IMG/VR virus record: IMGVR_UViG_3300025162_000062
Coordinates: 1-55,970 of that record
DNA length: 55,970 bases
Reading direction: 5' to 3' (one strand)
Origin: a virus
Lineage: Duplodnaviria > Caudoviricetes
Shown here: piece by piece, positions 1-10,508 of the stretch
How positions within the stretch are numbered: the stretch's first letter is position 1
How the letters are laid out: every line of letters starts with the position of its first letter
Program-made: the position numbers and the translations under genes
Notes under the pieces: model-generated
Database searches by the model: none
What the model was told of the DNA's origin: nothing
The model's input: only the letters and a program-made list of their open reading frames with translations

Positions 1-2655
1 ATTATCACCGTCAAAAACATTAGGTAAATGAGTTAAAAATTCTGAACCATAAGTATTGTTTTCTAAAACAACTTTCACTTTTTCTGAATCAAATAATTCA
101 AATGCTATTAAATAAAAAATATGCGCAATTTCCCTAATTGAATAAACGTTATTTCTGTACATTCCAATTTGCTCAATTTTGAACAACTCATAAAGACTTT
201 CATACTTGTACTTCTCTATCTCTTCTTTATCTCTCAGGATGAGCTTAAATATGTTAATAACAGAATAATCCTTGCCAAGTCCCTCTGACAAGTCAACAGA
301 AATCAAAATATAGTAATCTTTCATTTTTTGTATATTAAAAAGATTAGGATCTCGGACGAATTTTAAAGAATCATATGGAATATTTAACTTCTTAAATTGA
401 GGAAATTCTATATAATCAAATGGTAATTGCTTACTCTTTAATAAATCAATAGTTTCTTTGTTAAATAAAATTTTATCACCAGTAACGAAGTGCAAGCCAT
501 ATTCTTGGTCAAACTTTTCTGCTGAACCAATAAGTTTTGTTTCTTCTTCTTGCCAATTTGAAACAACAGCTAATTCAGGAAGTGGTATACCATCAATACG
601 AATTTTTCTAATATTATCAATATAAGTTTTTTCATCATTAACATCATATTTTACGCAATCTAGAATATCATCACCAACAGTTTTTTTGTACATTTTGATA
701 TCATACTTCTCTCTTATTTCCTTTAAGATATGAGCCTTATTTATTCCATATTTCTTTATCTTAAAATCAAGAATTTTAATCTTAGTATCTTCTCTACCAG
801 GCACTTGATTCCAATACACTCTCATTGCCTTATAAGGACTCTTATTTGGATCGTCATCTGGTAATTCTGCAGCTGTTATTAATTCCCAGAACATATTATA
901 TCCCATAGGAGTAGACGTGATTATAATTCTAGAGTTTTCAATAGAAGATACTACTGGTATAATAGCACCATAATAATCTCTAATAAAATTATCTGGAATG
1001 TGGGCAAACTCATCAAGATACAAAAGGTCAATGGTAAATCCAATTGATGGCTCTTTTGTTCTATTTTCTGTCTGGATTCTGGAGTTATTTTCAAATGCAA
1101 TTTGAGTTTCATTCCAGTTTGTAACACCTTTCTTTAAGAAGAAAGGCAATAATTTGTAAATATCTTTAATTTTTCTAATAATTTCCTTAACTGTCTTACC
1201 TTTATTAGCAACAATCATACAACCTTTATCATCATTAAATAAAACAAAGTGTAATAAGACAATAGCAGCAGACACTGTATTATGTGTTGGTATATAATTG
1301 TCTGTCAAATATAAATGATTTTCATTATCAACTTCTATACATTGTGCAGTTTTTTTGCCATAATAAGTTATATTTACTATTCCTCTTTTTTGACCCCAAT
1401 CAAAATGTTTATTTTCTATTTGTGATTGCTTTCTTTTTAATCTAAAAATAGGATATGAATAATCATTTTTTAATAATAATCTAATCAAATAAGATTTTTT
1501 ACCTTCTAATTTTTTCCCCTTATAAGTATAATAAGTTTGCCTTTCTCTAATATTTGTTCTTATTCCAAGGGAATGACAAAGTTCTCTAACATTTTCGCTT
1601 AATTTTTTAGATGATGTAGAATATGATGCTTGATTTTTTGTAACAAATCCATCTGTATCCATTAATCCCTGTAATAAAGAAATTCTTTGACTAATACTAC
1701 CATATAAATATTCTCTTGGTATAAATTTATCATAAGATAATTTTTCCATTAATCCAAGTTCTTTTAATTTTGAAATAATTTTATGTTTATTATTTTTCTT
1801 TATTATTTTATAATCGTATGATTCTTTATTTTTTCTTTCTTCTAAAATAACATCAATTTCTTCATCAATCAAAGAATATAAATAATCAGATATTTCTTTA
1901 TCTTTAGTTGATATTTTTAATCTATTATGTCTTGTTGAGCCATCACCTATTATCAAGCCAAGTAAATACGGATCTAATAATAGATTTTTTTCTGGATAAT
2001 TAACAGGTTCAGCAACTTTAACATAATAAATAGAATCGCCTCTTTTAGTCAAATAATTTTTTCTTATCTCAGATAATTGTAAAACTTGTTTGTTATTATA
2101 TTTCTCCACTTCCCACAGATGCTCATCACAACATCTAACTTTTAAGCCGTCTGAAAATTCAACTTCATATATATCTTTTTCACCTTGTGGATATATTCCA
2201 ACAACATTAGTTAATTCTCCATCATCACCATATATTTTATCATAAACTTTTAAATCACCAAATCTTTTTTTACCATTTTCAGTCCAAACTACACTATCCA
2301 AATCTTGTGCTTTACCAGTTTGTCTTGATGCCATTAAAATTGATCTTGGATTTTTTGTATATAAATCTATAATATCTTTTTGGTAATCTCTAAGTGTCAT
2401 TGGACCAATTGATCCATCTTCTCTTTTAATCTGACAATAATGTTCTGCAAAATAATGAATATTTATTTTACATTTTATATATTCTTCAAATTCATTATCT
2501 GTCATTGCAAAGGTCACATTTGCCTTACGTACACCTCTTGTATTTGAAAACCAAAGCTTTTCGTGTCTTTTTAATATTTTTCCTAAATTCTCTTTCTCTT
2601 CAATATCTTTTATTATATCTGTTGTTAAAATAAAACTATCATCTTTTACCGCCAT
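1..2655 (-). CDS. terL: Terminase large subunit (T4 gp17-like), 3' end outside window, intein-interrupted
   Basis: Not in ORF track. Manual translation from ATG at 2655 (MAVKDDSF...): YFAEHYCQI, LRDYQKD, Walker A ASRQTGK/T, Walker B LLYLDEFAHI, IIITSTPMG, nuclease SVDLSEGLGKDYS. Confidence 0.95.
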   Translation of the reverse strand, partial: MAVKDDSFILTTDIIKDIEEKENLGKILKRHEKLWFSNTRGVRKANVTFAMTDNEFEEYIKCKINIHYFAEHYCQIKREDGSIGPMTLRDYQKDIIDLYTKNPRSILMASRQTGKAQDLDSVVWTENGKKRFGDLKVYDKIYGDDGELTNVVGIYPQGEKDIYEVEFSDGLKVRCCDEHLWEVEKYNNKQVLQLSEIRKNYLTKRGDSIYYVKVAEPVNYPEKNLLLDPYLLGLIIGDGSTRHNRLKISTKDKEISDYLYSLIDEEIDVILEERKNKESYDYKIIKKNNKHKIISKLKELGLMEKLSYDKFIPREYLYGSISQRISLLQGLMDTDGFVTKNQASYSTSSKKLSENVRELCHSLGIRTNIRERQTYYTYKGKKLEGKKSYLIRLLLKNDYSYPIFRLKRKQSQIENKHFDWGQKRGIVNITYYGKKTAQCIEVDNENHLYLTDNYIPTHNTVSAAIVLLHFVLFNDDKGCMIVANKGKTVKEIIRKIKDIYKLLPFFLKKGVTNWNETQIAFENNSRIQTENRTKEPSIGFTIDLLYLDEFAHIPDNFIRDYYGAIIPVVSSIENSRIIITSTPMGYNMFWELITAAELPDDDPNKSPYKAMRVYWNQVPGREDTKIKILDFKIKKYGINKAHILKEIREKYDIKMYKKTVGDDILDCVKYDVNDEKTYIDNIRKIRIDGIPLPELAVVSNWQEEETKLIGSAEKFDQEYGLHFVTGDKILFNKETIDLLKSKQLPFDYIEFPQFKKLNIPYDSLKFVRDPNLFNIQKMKDYYILISVDLSEGLGKDYSVINIFKLILRDKEEIEKYKYESLYELFKIEQIGMYRNNVYSIREIAHIFYLIAFELFDSEKVKVVLENNTYGSEFLTHLPNVFDGDN
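1279..2310 (-). mobile_element. Intein (344 aa) with LAGLIDADG homing endonuclease, inserted in terminase Walker A
   Basis: In frame between GK and T; starts AQDLDSVVWTENG, block B CCDEHLW, LAGLIDADG motifs DPYLLGLIIGDG and LLQGLMDTDG, ends AQCIEVDNENHLYLTDNYIPTHN. Confidence 0.93.
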
Positions 2656-3067
2656 ACCTCATTATTTTTTTTATCTCGTCATAGTGTTTTTCTGTCAATC
2701 CAACCCAACCATCACATTTAATAACATTTGAAACATATGGTAGAATACCACCAACTCTATCATCAATTACAACATATTTATCCCAATCATTTTCAAGTAA
2801 CCATTTATATATTTCTAAACCTCTTGGTGCTCTTATCAAATATGGGGTATAGTCATATATTTTTGCAGTAATTCCCTGTTTAACAAACAATTCTTGTAAT
2901 TTTGGCATATCTTTCTGAAGTCTCCATGTAGATGTTATAACAGGATGTAAATCAAAATCTTCACATATTTTATTATAAACACTTACACATTTTTGATTCC
3001 ACCTAATTTTTAAGTCTGGATTCAAAACACCATCTATATCTGTAAAAATAATTTTCATCTTATTCAA
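2639..3067 (-). CDS. HAD-family protein (Swiss-Army-knife RNA-repair HAD type)
   Basis: FTDIDGVL, ITSTWR, RGLEI, YVVIDD motifs. Confidence 0.8.
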   Translation of the reverse strand: MNKMKIIFTDIDGVLNPDLKIRWNQKCVSVYNKICEDFDLHPVITSTWRLQKDMPKLQELFVKQGITAKIYDYTPYLIRAPRGLEIYKWLLENDWDKYVVIDDRVGGILPYVSNVIKCDGWVGLTEKHYDEIKKIMRYGGKR

Positions 3068-3431
3068 ATATAAAATCGATATTATATCCCTTTATTACAA
3101 AATTTAGATATAGAATGTCTCTTAATGTACCTTCAAATAATTGTACATCAAAAGAATATCCTATTGCTATCAATTCAGGTATATATGTTGCGATTTGTTC
3201 TTCTACTTTATTTTTTAAATTACCAGTTGTAACTCTAGTTTGCCAAAGATAATATTCTAAATTAGCGCCAATATCAATGTTACCAAGTACTTCACCTTTA
3301 TTAGTAAATAATATCATTTCTAATTTTTGAACGATTACTTCAACTTCATCATCTTCTATAATTCTATCTGGTTGATATTTTGGATGACCAGGATACCTTA
3401 TAACTAAATCTTTTACATCTCTTAGAGCCAT
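3060..3431 (-). CDS. Baseplate wedge protein, gp25/GPW-like
   Basis: ILFTNKGE...IGANL motif typical of gp25 family; start moved to MALRD at 3431; near gp6-like gene. Confidence 0.75.
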   Translation of the reverse strand: MALRDVKDLVIRYPGHPKYQPDRIIEDDEVEVIVQKLEMILFTNKGEVLGNIDIGANLEYYLWQTRVTTGNLKNKVEEQIATYIPELIAIGYSFDVQLFEGTLRDILYLNFVIKGYNIDFIFE

Positions 3432-3476
3432 TTGAAACCGTATTTTTATTATATATATAAAAAAATACATTTCCCT

Positions 3477-3758
3477 ATGAATGAGGTTAATTTTATATCA
3501 GTTATAGATTATATTGGAGAGATAAATAATGGTGTGGCTGTACTATTATCAATGAAAGTAAAAGAAAAAATATACGAGATTGCATATTGGTTTGATAAAG
3601 AAGATAATTATAGAATATCAGCGGATGATAATTTTTTACAAGATTATAATATCAAAGATATATATGAATATAAAGATTATAAAAAATTAGCATATTACAT
3701 ACACACATTTGTATTAGATAATAAAGAAGAAATATTTAAGGAATTCTTAACAGATTAA
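3477..3758 (+). CDS. Hypothetical protein
   Basis: ORF track; likely start MNEVNF at 3477, downstream of TATATATA motif. Confidence 0.6.
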   Translation: MNEVNFISVIDYIGEINNGVAVLLSMKVKEKIYEIAYWFDKEDNYRISADDNFLQDYNIKDIYEYKDYKKLAYYIHTFVLDNKEEIFKEFLTD

Positions 3759-3763
3759 ATATT

Positions 3764-5758
3764 TCATTTCCTAGATGTTACGCCCTTCCAAATAATATTA
3801 ATTGTGCTAAATCCAGTTGTTGTTTTTGGATCTTCACTAAAAAATACACCATTTCTATTAGTCCAACCACCTCTTAAAATTATTAATTCATTTTTACCTA
3901 TAACGATATCACCTAAAACTGGATCTATACCAACTAATTTTTTAGCATCATATTGTTGTGTATCATTATATGCAACAACTGTATTATTACTAACTGACAT
4001 TAAAGATGTATTACCTTGGTCACGTACATCGGTAAGTCCATTTGCACTCTGAACAGAAACTGCGTTAATTAAACTTGATTTATCTGGAACAGATGAACTA
4101 CTATTCGGACTAGTAGATTTTTGATTATTCTGTGCAGTAACAACAGTTGTATATTTATCTGAGGATACATTAACAGCACTTGATGATGTTGCATAAGTGT
4201 TTTGTAATACTGATTTTTGAGTTGATGACAATAATGCACCATCTCTGTGATAATCTTCATTATCTTTACCAACAAATTCAATATTAATTGAATCTATACC
4301 ATCAACATTAGTTTTAATTTGAGTAATTAAATCAGATTTAACAACTCTATCATATCTATCATAACTTGAAAAATAATTAGACAATGTAGAAACTACTTGT
4401 TCTCTAATATTATCTTCTGAAACATCTTCATATCTTCTAATAAAAACATTTACAACAAAGAATTTACGTCTTGGATCTATAACTTTAATTGATGAAGTGA
4501 TACTAATTATACCTTGCATCTTAAGATAGGTAATTATTCTTTGTTTTTCAACAGAATCTAAATAAAATGCATCTAAAGGTACATTAAAATAATTAACATC
4601 TGTTGAAAAATAATCTGTTATTCTTGGAATTAAATATAAATACATCTCATTGATATTAATCTGATCCAAATTGCCATCACTATCAATATCAATTTTAATC
4701 ATATCTAATGTATTAAAGGCATTAACCTTAGAAAACATATTTAATTTTTTAAGATGATATATAAATTGAGCAGGTGTAGCAAGTACAAAATTTCTAGATA
4801 CATAAGGAATAACAGATTTTGTATATTCAATACTCTCACCATCACTAGCAAATTTTATATCTGTTTCAACAAAAATATCAAAAAATTGAGTTGCAGAAAT
4901 AATATTTCCACTATCATCATACATATCACCAACAAAAGTAAAATCATTAACTTTATTATTTAATATGTTACCTTGTAATCCATTATTCAATAGATATTTA
5001 ACAGTTATAACAGAGCCAATAGAAGGAATACAACCATTTGTACCATTGCCAAAATAAATGTCTAATCCGCCATTAAAACCAGTCTTAGCACAACAAGCAT
5101 ATTCATTATCAAGCATATCATAAATGTGATCTCTAATTTGTAAATTAATACCATTCAAATATACTTGAAAATCAAAATTATCTATAGTAGAATTGTTACT
5201 TACATTAACTTGGAAAGATTGTGATATTGTTCCATCACCAGTAAAATTTTGAGTTTCATATCTACCTTGAACAATATTAACAAAAAATTGACAACCAGGA
5301 ACTAAAGGATAAACATTTTTAGAAGTGCCAGTTTTCAAAGAATAATAAAGACCATTACTTCTATTTTTAAGTAATGTATCGTCATATATTGTCACTTGTT
5401 GACCAAAAATAGTTGCATCAATATTAATTCCTTGTTTAAGTTTAAATTTAAGTGTACCTCTGGAAGCTATTGCCCTTGAAGGATTATGACCAGATATTCT
5501 AGCAATATTTCTAATCATTCTAATAGAATTAGATTGATCTATATCTAATTGCTTAACGAAATTCTTCAAATACAATATATTTTGAAGAAATATTTCCTTA
5601 GTGACATCTAATATTTGTCCATAAGGAGATGCTGAATTAAAAAGAATACTTGATTTATCATATGCAGAACTTAACCAACTATTTATTTGATTTGTTAAAT
5701 TTGTATAATTCAACTCTATTCTATTAAAAACTCTGTTAAGTTTTGTGGATCTTGCCAT
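3764..5758 (-). CDS. Baseplate wedge subunit, gp6/baseplate-J-like
   Basis: ARISGHNP, DIYFGNG..G, VKYL...GLQGN, DGESIE motifs resemble T4 gp6; Ser/Thr-rich insert near C-terminus. Confidence 0.8.
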   Translation of the reverse strand: MARSTKLNRVFNRIELNYTNLTNQINSWLSSAYDKSSILFNSASPYGQILDVTKEIFLQNILYLKNFVKQLDIDQSNSIRMIRNIARISGHNPSRAIASRGTLKFKLKQGINIDATIFGQQVTIYDDTLLKNRSNGLYYSLKTGTSKNVYPLVPGCQFFVNIVQGRYETQNFTGDGTISQSFQVNVSNNSTIDNFDFQVYLNGINLQIRDHIYDMLDNEYACCAKTGFNGGLDIYFGNGTNGCIPSIGSVITVKYLLNNGLQGNILNNKVNDFTFVGDMYDDSGNIISATQFFDIFVETDIKFASDGESIEYTKSVIPYVSRNFVLATPAQFIYHLKKLNMFSKVNAFNTLDMIKIDIDSDGNLDQININEMYLYLIPRITDYFSTDVNYFNVPLDAFYLDSVEKQRIITYLKMQGIISITSSIKVIDPRRKFFVVNVFIRRYEDVSEDNIREQVVSTLSNYFSSYDRYDRVVKSDLITQIKTNVDGIDSINIEFVGKDNEDYHRDGALLSSTQKSVLQNTYATSSSAVNVSSDKYTTVVTAQNNQKSTSPNSSSSVPDKSSLINAVSVQSANGLTDVRDQGNTSLMSVSNNTVVAYNDTQQYDAKKLVGIDPVLGDIVIGKNELIILRGGWTNRNGVFFSEDPKTTTGFSTINIIWKGVTSRK

Positions 5759-6414
5759 TAAATTTTTATTTTATTTTTTAGATTATCACCTATTATTTCA
5801 ATAAGTTTCTTCAAATCTGATTGTTTGTCCTCATATATATTATCAAAAATTTTAAATTTAAATACATACTCTTTATCACCTTCTTTTGAAATTGTCAAAT
5901 CTATGTTTTTATTATTGTTCAAATCAATTGTAAAATTAAAAAACGTTGACTTACAAGGCATAATAGATATTTTCTCTTCTTTAACATTTATAACTGAAAT
6001 ATCTGTAATTTTATTTTCTTGAAACCATTTATTAATCAATGTTGATGGTGATTTAATAAATTTTGATAAAATCTTAATATTCTCACCAAATTTATTTTCT
6101 TTAAAAATATTAGTAATCTTGTTTGAAAAGTCTTCAAGTGTTGTAAAATCAAGTCTATGATATTCACAATTAATATCATACAAATATGTAAAATTACTTT
6201 TAGTAAGCTTAGATTTAGTATTATCACAAGTAAAAATAATTTTTGTATAAATAATATTGATATCATCATACAATATTTTATTCATAGAAATAACTAATCT
6301 TAAATCATTTGAGCCTTCTATCTTTTCATAAACACTTTCAACAGAAAGAACCTTTGTTTCATCAAATATTTCTTTTATCTTATTAACTAAGTCACCAACA
6401 ATAATATCTGTCAT
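5758..6414 (-). CDS. Hypothetical protein
   Basis: 218-aa ORF translationally coupled within structural operon. Confidence 0.7.
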   Translation of the reverse strand: MTDIIVGDLVNKIKEIFDETKVLSVESVYEKIEGSNDLRLVISMNKILYDDINIIYTKIIFTCDNTKSKLTKSNFTYLYDINCEYHRLDFTTLEDFSNKITNIFKENKFGENIKILSKFIKSPSTLINKWFQENKITDISVINVKEEKISIMPCKSTFFNFTIDLNNNKNIDLTISKEGDKEYVFKFKIFDNIYEDKQSDLKKLIEIIGDNLKNKIKI

Positions 6415-6419
6415 TAAAT

Positions 6420-9122
6420 TTAAATTATTTTATATGATACATCATATCTTTGATTAAAACTACTACTATCAGAACCATCAACTCTTAATAAAGAAACTTG
6501 TAAACCCCTATAATAACTAACTCTAGGTACGCCACGTAAAGTGTAACCTCTTACTTCACTTGTCGCCAAATCAATTGTTAAAGTTGTACCTGACTTACAT
6601 AATATTTTATATGGACCACTGTAATCTACAGTATTTCCTAAAGTATCTAATAAATAAAGATTTTGCACATAAACAGTATTACCAGTTTTAAACATGTTTT
6701 CTGTCATTACCAACTCTGTATATCCTGTTGAACACCAAGTTGAACCAGTATTAAAACTGGTACAATTAACAAAAATATTATCATTTAAGAAAAAACTATC
6801 ATCAAATACTGAAGATTCTGGAACTACTATATCATAAGATAATAGATCCTTTGGCAATCCAATGCTAAATATTGGAGTTTCAGTCTTAGTAACACCACTT
6901 GTAAACATCATATTAACAGACAATATTTGTGAGTATTGTGCGTAATTTGGCTTAATTAAAATATCCAATCTTTGTTTATTTTTAAGATCACTATCTAATG
7001 TAATGACCACTGGTCCATTATCATTATTAGACACATTATCATTTATAAGATTCAATAACATTTTACTTGAATATGATAATGTTACTGAGTAAGATGCTCC
7101 AGTATTTGTTTGATTAAAATTATAAACGTCAGTTAAACTAAGATTTTTAATATCATCATATTCAACTCCAACTACATTAAATTTTAATTTTGGATAAACA
7201 CCAGAATAATCTACTGAAATTCTTGCAGAATCTGAATCAACAAATTGATTAGTTGCATATAGTCTCAACAAATCTTCCATATTCTTCATTCTACTCTTTA
7301 AATCATCTATATCAGTTTGAGAATATATTAAAGACTTCATATCCTGAAGATCCATATTTATTCTAACAAATTCTTGAATAATATTAACAAAATTCTCATT
7401 AACTTGATAGAATCTTCTCATCATCTCATTATACATATCGAAACCAAACATATTATAAATAGTACTTGGATCATATGTCAATGGTTGAACATCATTATCA
7501 ATATTATAATGCAAATTTAGATTAAACATATAAGATAATCCATCATGTACACCATTTGTAACCAATTTATGATAAGGTGTGATTAATGTTGCATAATTAT
7601 CATCATCATTCTCTGGATTATTCAAAAATTCAATACCATATAAATTAACATAAGAATTAACATTATTATTCTCATCTCTTTCTATCAATTCATAATACCA
7701 TAAAATAGCATTGAAATCAAAATCTTCTGGAGCCTGTCCTTCAATTGAAAGAGAACTAAATTCATCAAAATTTTTGGTTTCTAAACCTGGTATATTCATC
7801 TTATAATAGTGGTCTCTATTAACATCAAGAAAAACACCGTCAATTGAATCAGAATTAAAATCTGTAAGTTTCTCAACATAATTATCAGCATTTAAACCTG
7901 TATTGTCTGTTAATCCGATACCATAATAATCACCTTGATATCTAACACTATCACCATTTGAACACATATATGTATAATCAACAGTATCAAATTGTCCAAA
8001 ATATGAACCAGGATAGTTCTGAGGATTAGTTCTAATTGGTGAGTCTAAACTTTCAGCACCAACAATTTCTCTTTGAATTTCATCTGGAAGTATAGGAATT
8101 TCTAAATTTGGATAATAGTTTGTATTATTTCTTACTCCAAACAAAATAGTTGGTGTTCTACCTGCTTGATGCGGTATATAAGCTGTAACCTCTTGTCCAA
8201 CTCTTGTTGCAGTTTGTATGTTTGTTATTTGATTTATTTCACCAACATATTGAATTAATCTATGATAATCTAAATCAACGTATGTAGCGTCTAATGCGTT
8301 ATCACCTTGACCTTGAAAATTTAATTCAATCCAAATCATTGTAGAACCTGTTGTAAACTCAACATAATCAACAATATAAGACTGACCAAGAACGATTGTT
8401 GTTCCAGTTATTTTCGTTTTATCAGTAGCATTGTCTGTTTTTAAAATAACTTTATCACCTACCTTAAACTTGGCAATTCCACCAATAGTGAGTCTTGCAG
8501 TATGATACTGTCCAGATTGATTTTTATGGTCATTATCACTTTCATCATAACGAGTAACTTTATAATCAATAACTTCTCTTTCTTTCCATAAATATCTTCT
8601 GAAATAGTCCAAATTTGTTATTGTAGATTTATTCGGATTATCAAAATCAGATAAATTTTTATCCCAATCAACTTTATTAACTGCTGGCTCAAAATCTATC
8701 AAATTTAATTTTCTAAGCCATTTATAAAATATCATTTCTGTTGGTGTATATCTTTCACCAATATTATAAAAATCAGTATTACCATTAATCCTACTTTCAT
8801 GTAAAGAAGTATCATAATTAGCAACATAGTTTCTTAATGATTCAACTAATTGATCTGATAATTTTGTTGGTGTTGTATAATTTGGATCATCGCAATAAAA
8901 TGGTGCATCTCCAGCAATACTTTTTGGTAAAAAATCCATAATTCCATCAATTGGATTAGGATTACCATTGATTTGTCTTGGAATATTTAATAATGCGAAC
9001 TTAGTAAAATTAAGATCGTAAAAATCATTATAATTTGCTAAATTTAAATCTGAAGCTGCACTTGGGAAAGCATAGAAAGATGTGCCCCGTGCCTTAAGTC
9101 TCTTATATAGAGGTGTTGCCAT
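6420..9122 (-). CDS. Large putative virion structural protein
   Basis: 900 aa, Asn/Asp/Thr-rich, central coiled-coil, in baseplate operon; no family recognised. Confidence 0.55.
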   Translation of the reverse strand: MATPLYKRLKARGTSFYAFPSAASDLNLANYNDFYDLNFTKFALLNIPRQINGNPNPIDGIMDFLPKSIAGDAPFYCDDPNYTTPTKLSDQLVESLRNYVANYDTSLHESRINGNTDFYNIGERYTPTEMIFYKWLRKLNLIDFEPAVNKVDWDKNLSDFDNPNKSTITNLDYFRRYLWKEREVIDYKVTRYDESDNDHKNQSGQYHTARLTIGGIAKFKVGDKVILKTDNATDKTKITGTTIVLGQSYIVDYVEFTTGSTMIWIELNFQGQGDNALDATYVDLDYHRLIQYVGEINQITNIQTATRVGQEVTAYIPHQAGRTPTILFGVRNNTNYYPNLEIPILPDEIQREIVGAESLDSPIRTNPQNYPGSYFGQFDTVDYTYMCSNGDSVRYQGDYYGIGLTDNTGLNADNYVEKLTDFNSDSIDGVFLDVNRDHYYKMNIPGLETKNFDEFSSLSIEGQAPEDFDFNAILWYYELIERDENNNVNSYVNLYGIEFLNNPENDDDNYATLITPYHKLVTNGVHDGLSYMFNLNLHYNIDNDVQPLTYDPSTIYNMFGFDMYNEMMRRFYQVNENFVNIIQEFVRINMDLQDMKSLIYSQTDIDDLKSRMKNMEDLLRLYATNQFVDSDSARISVDYSGVYPKLKFNVVGVEYDDIKNLSLTDVYNFNQTNTGASYSVTLSYSSKMLLNLINDNVSNNDNGPVVITLDSDLKNKQRLDILIKPNYAQYSQILSVNMMFTSGVTKTETPIFSIGLPKDLLSYDIVVPESSVFDDSFFLNDNIFVNCTSFNTGSTWCSTGYTELVMTENMFKTGNTVYVQNLYLLDTLGNTVDYSGPYKILCKSGTTLTIDLATSEVRGYTLRGVPRVSYYRGLQVSLLRVDGSDSSSFNQRYDVSYKII

Positions 9123-10203
9123 AATTACTAATATATTTTTTTAATTTTTCTATAATATTATCGTTATATTTAATCCTTAATAACTTAATATTGTTATTTT
9201 CACAGAAATCAGTTTTAATTTTATCATTATTTATTCTTTTTATAAATTCCAATTCACCGCCAAATTTAGTATTTGGTTCAAAATGTTGTATTCCATCAAA
9301 TTCTATACATAAATTATAATCAATTAAATAAAAATCAAAAGGTAAATGATTTACATTTTTACATCCATCAAATTTTTTCTGTGGTATATATTTAATATTA
9401 TTATCCGATAAAAAATTCATAATTATATTCTCACCTTTACTTTGATTACAAATTGGACAACCATTTCCTGATAAATGTTGATATGGTAGTTGATCAAACA
9501 CACCATGCTTTTTACAAATAATCTGTATATATTTTGTACACAAATCATAATTAACCAATGAATAATCATATATATTTCTGTGTATTTTTTTTGCTTTTAC
9601 AATAAAATCTTCTGTGTTTGATTTTAGCGTACCTCCGCATTTTGGACAACATCTATATCCATCTATATGATCACAAGGTTTTTGATAAAATTCACCATGA
9701 ATTGGGCAAATAATTTTAACTTTATCATAAGCACCTTTATAATCAACCAATGAATAATCATATTTATTATTATGTGACTTTTTAGACCTATTAATAAATA
9801 TTTCTGTATTTAATTTTTTATCATCGTACATACACTTTGGGCAACCAGCACCTTGACTATGATGGTTAGGCATTTGTATAAATTCTCCATGAATTGGACA
9901 AGCAATTCTAACTTTAGTGTCATTATTTTTATAATCAACTAATGAATAATCATATTTGTTATTATGGACTTTTTTTGATATTTTTAAAAAATCATTTTTA
10001 TATTTATCTTTTATACATTTTGGGCAAGAACTTTCGCCTTTAATGTGTGAGCCAGCCAAAGTTTCAAATTCACCATGAGTTGGACAAATAACTTTAATCC
10101 ATTTCCTAGTTGTTATATCACTATCAACCAAAGAATAATCATATTTATTATTGTATTTTATATTTGACCTGTTAATAAAGTCTTGTAAAGTTATTCTTAT
10201 CAT
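9103..10203 (-). CDS. Putative homing endonuclease: YDYS/CPxHG zinc-ribbon repeats (DUF723-like) plus Vsr/PD-(D/E)XK domain
   Basis: Four YDYSLV..C(P/K)xHG..GCPxC repeats; C-terminal LPFDFY..IEFDGIQH. Confidence 0.8.
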   Translation of the reverse strand: MIRITLQDFINRSNIKYNNKYDYSLVDSDITTRKWIKVICPTHGEFETLAGSHIKGESSCPKCIKDKYKNDFLKISKKVHNNKYDYSLVDYKNNDTKVRIACPIHGEFIQMPNHHSQGAGCPKCMYDDKKLNTEIFINRSKKSHNNKYDYSLVDYKGAYDKVKIICPIHGEFYQKPCDHIDGYRCCPKCGGTLKSNTEDFIVKAKKIHRNIYDYSLVNYDLCTKYIQIICKKHGVFDQLPYQHLSGNGCPICNQSKGENIIMNFLSDNNIKYIPQKKFDGCKNVNHLPFDFYLIDYNLCIEFDGIQHFEPNTKFGGELEFIKRINNDKIKTDFCENNNIKLLRIKYNDNIIEKLKKYISNYGNTSI

Positions 10204-10237
10204 ATTATTATATATAAAATTTGCAACTCCATAAAAA

Positions 10238-10273
10238 TAAAAAAGAGTGATATTTTGTATATCACTCTTTTTT
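10238..10273. terminator. Intrinsic terminator, probably bidirectional
   Basis: AAAAGAGTGATA...TATCACTCTTTT inverted repeat with A and T tails. Confidence 0.75.
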
Positions 10274-10289
10274 AAGATTAAAAATCTAA

Positions 10290-10508
10290 TTATTCACTCC
10301 ACAATCTTTTATTAAGTTCCATTCTGATAAGATGAACATCAATATCCAAATCATTACTTAAATTCTGTAAATCATCATAATTTTCACCTTTGATTTTTGA
10401 TTTGTCAATTAGAAGATCAACATCTTCTAAATCGATCTCAAATTGTTTTAATAATGATTGTAGGTCAGCAGTTTTTTTCTGCTCATAAACTTCAATTGTC
10501 TTCTTCAT
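10290..10508 (-). CDS. Hypothetical protein
   Basis: 72-aa ORF overlapping upstream gene. Confidence 0.55.
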   Translation of the reverse strand: MKKTIEVYEQKKTADLQSLLKQFEIDLEDVDLLIDKSKIKGENYDDLQNLSNDLDIDVHLIRMELNKRLWSE

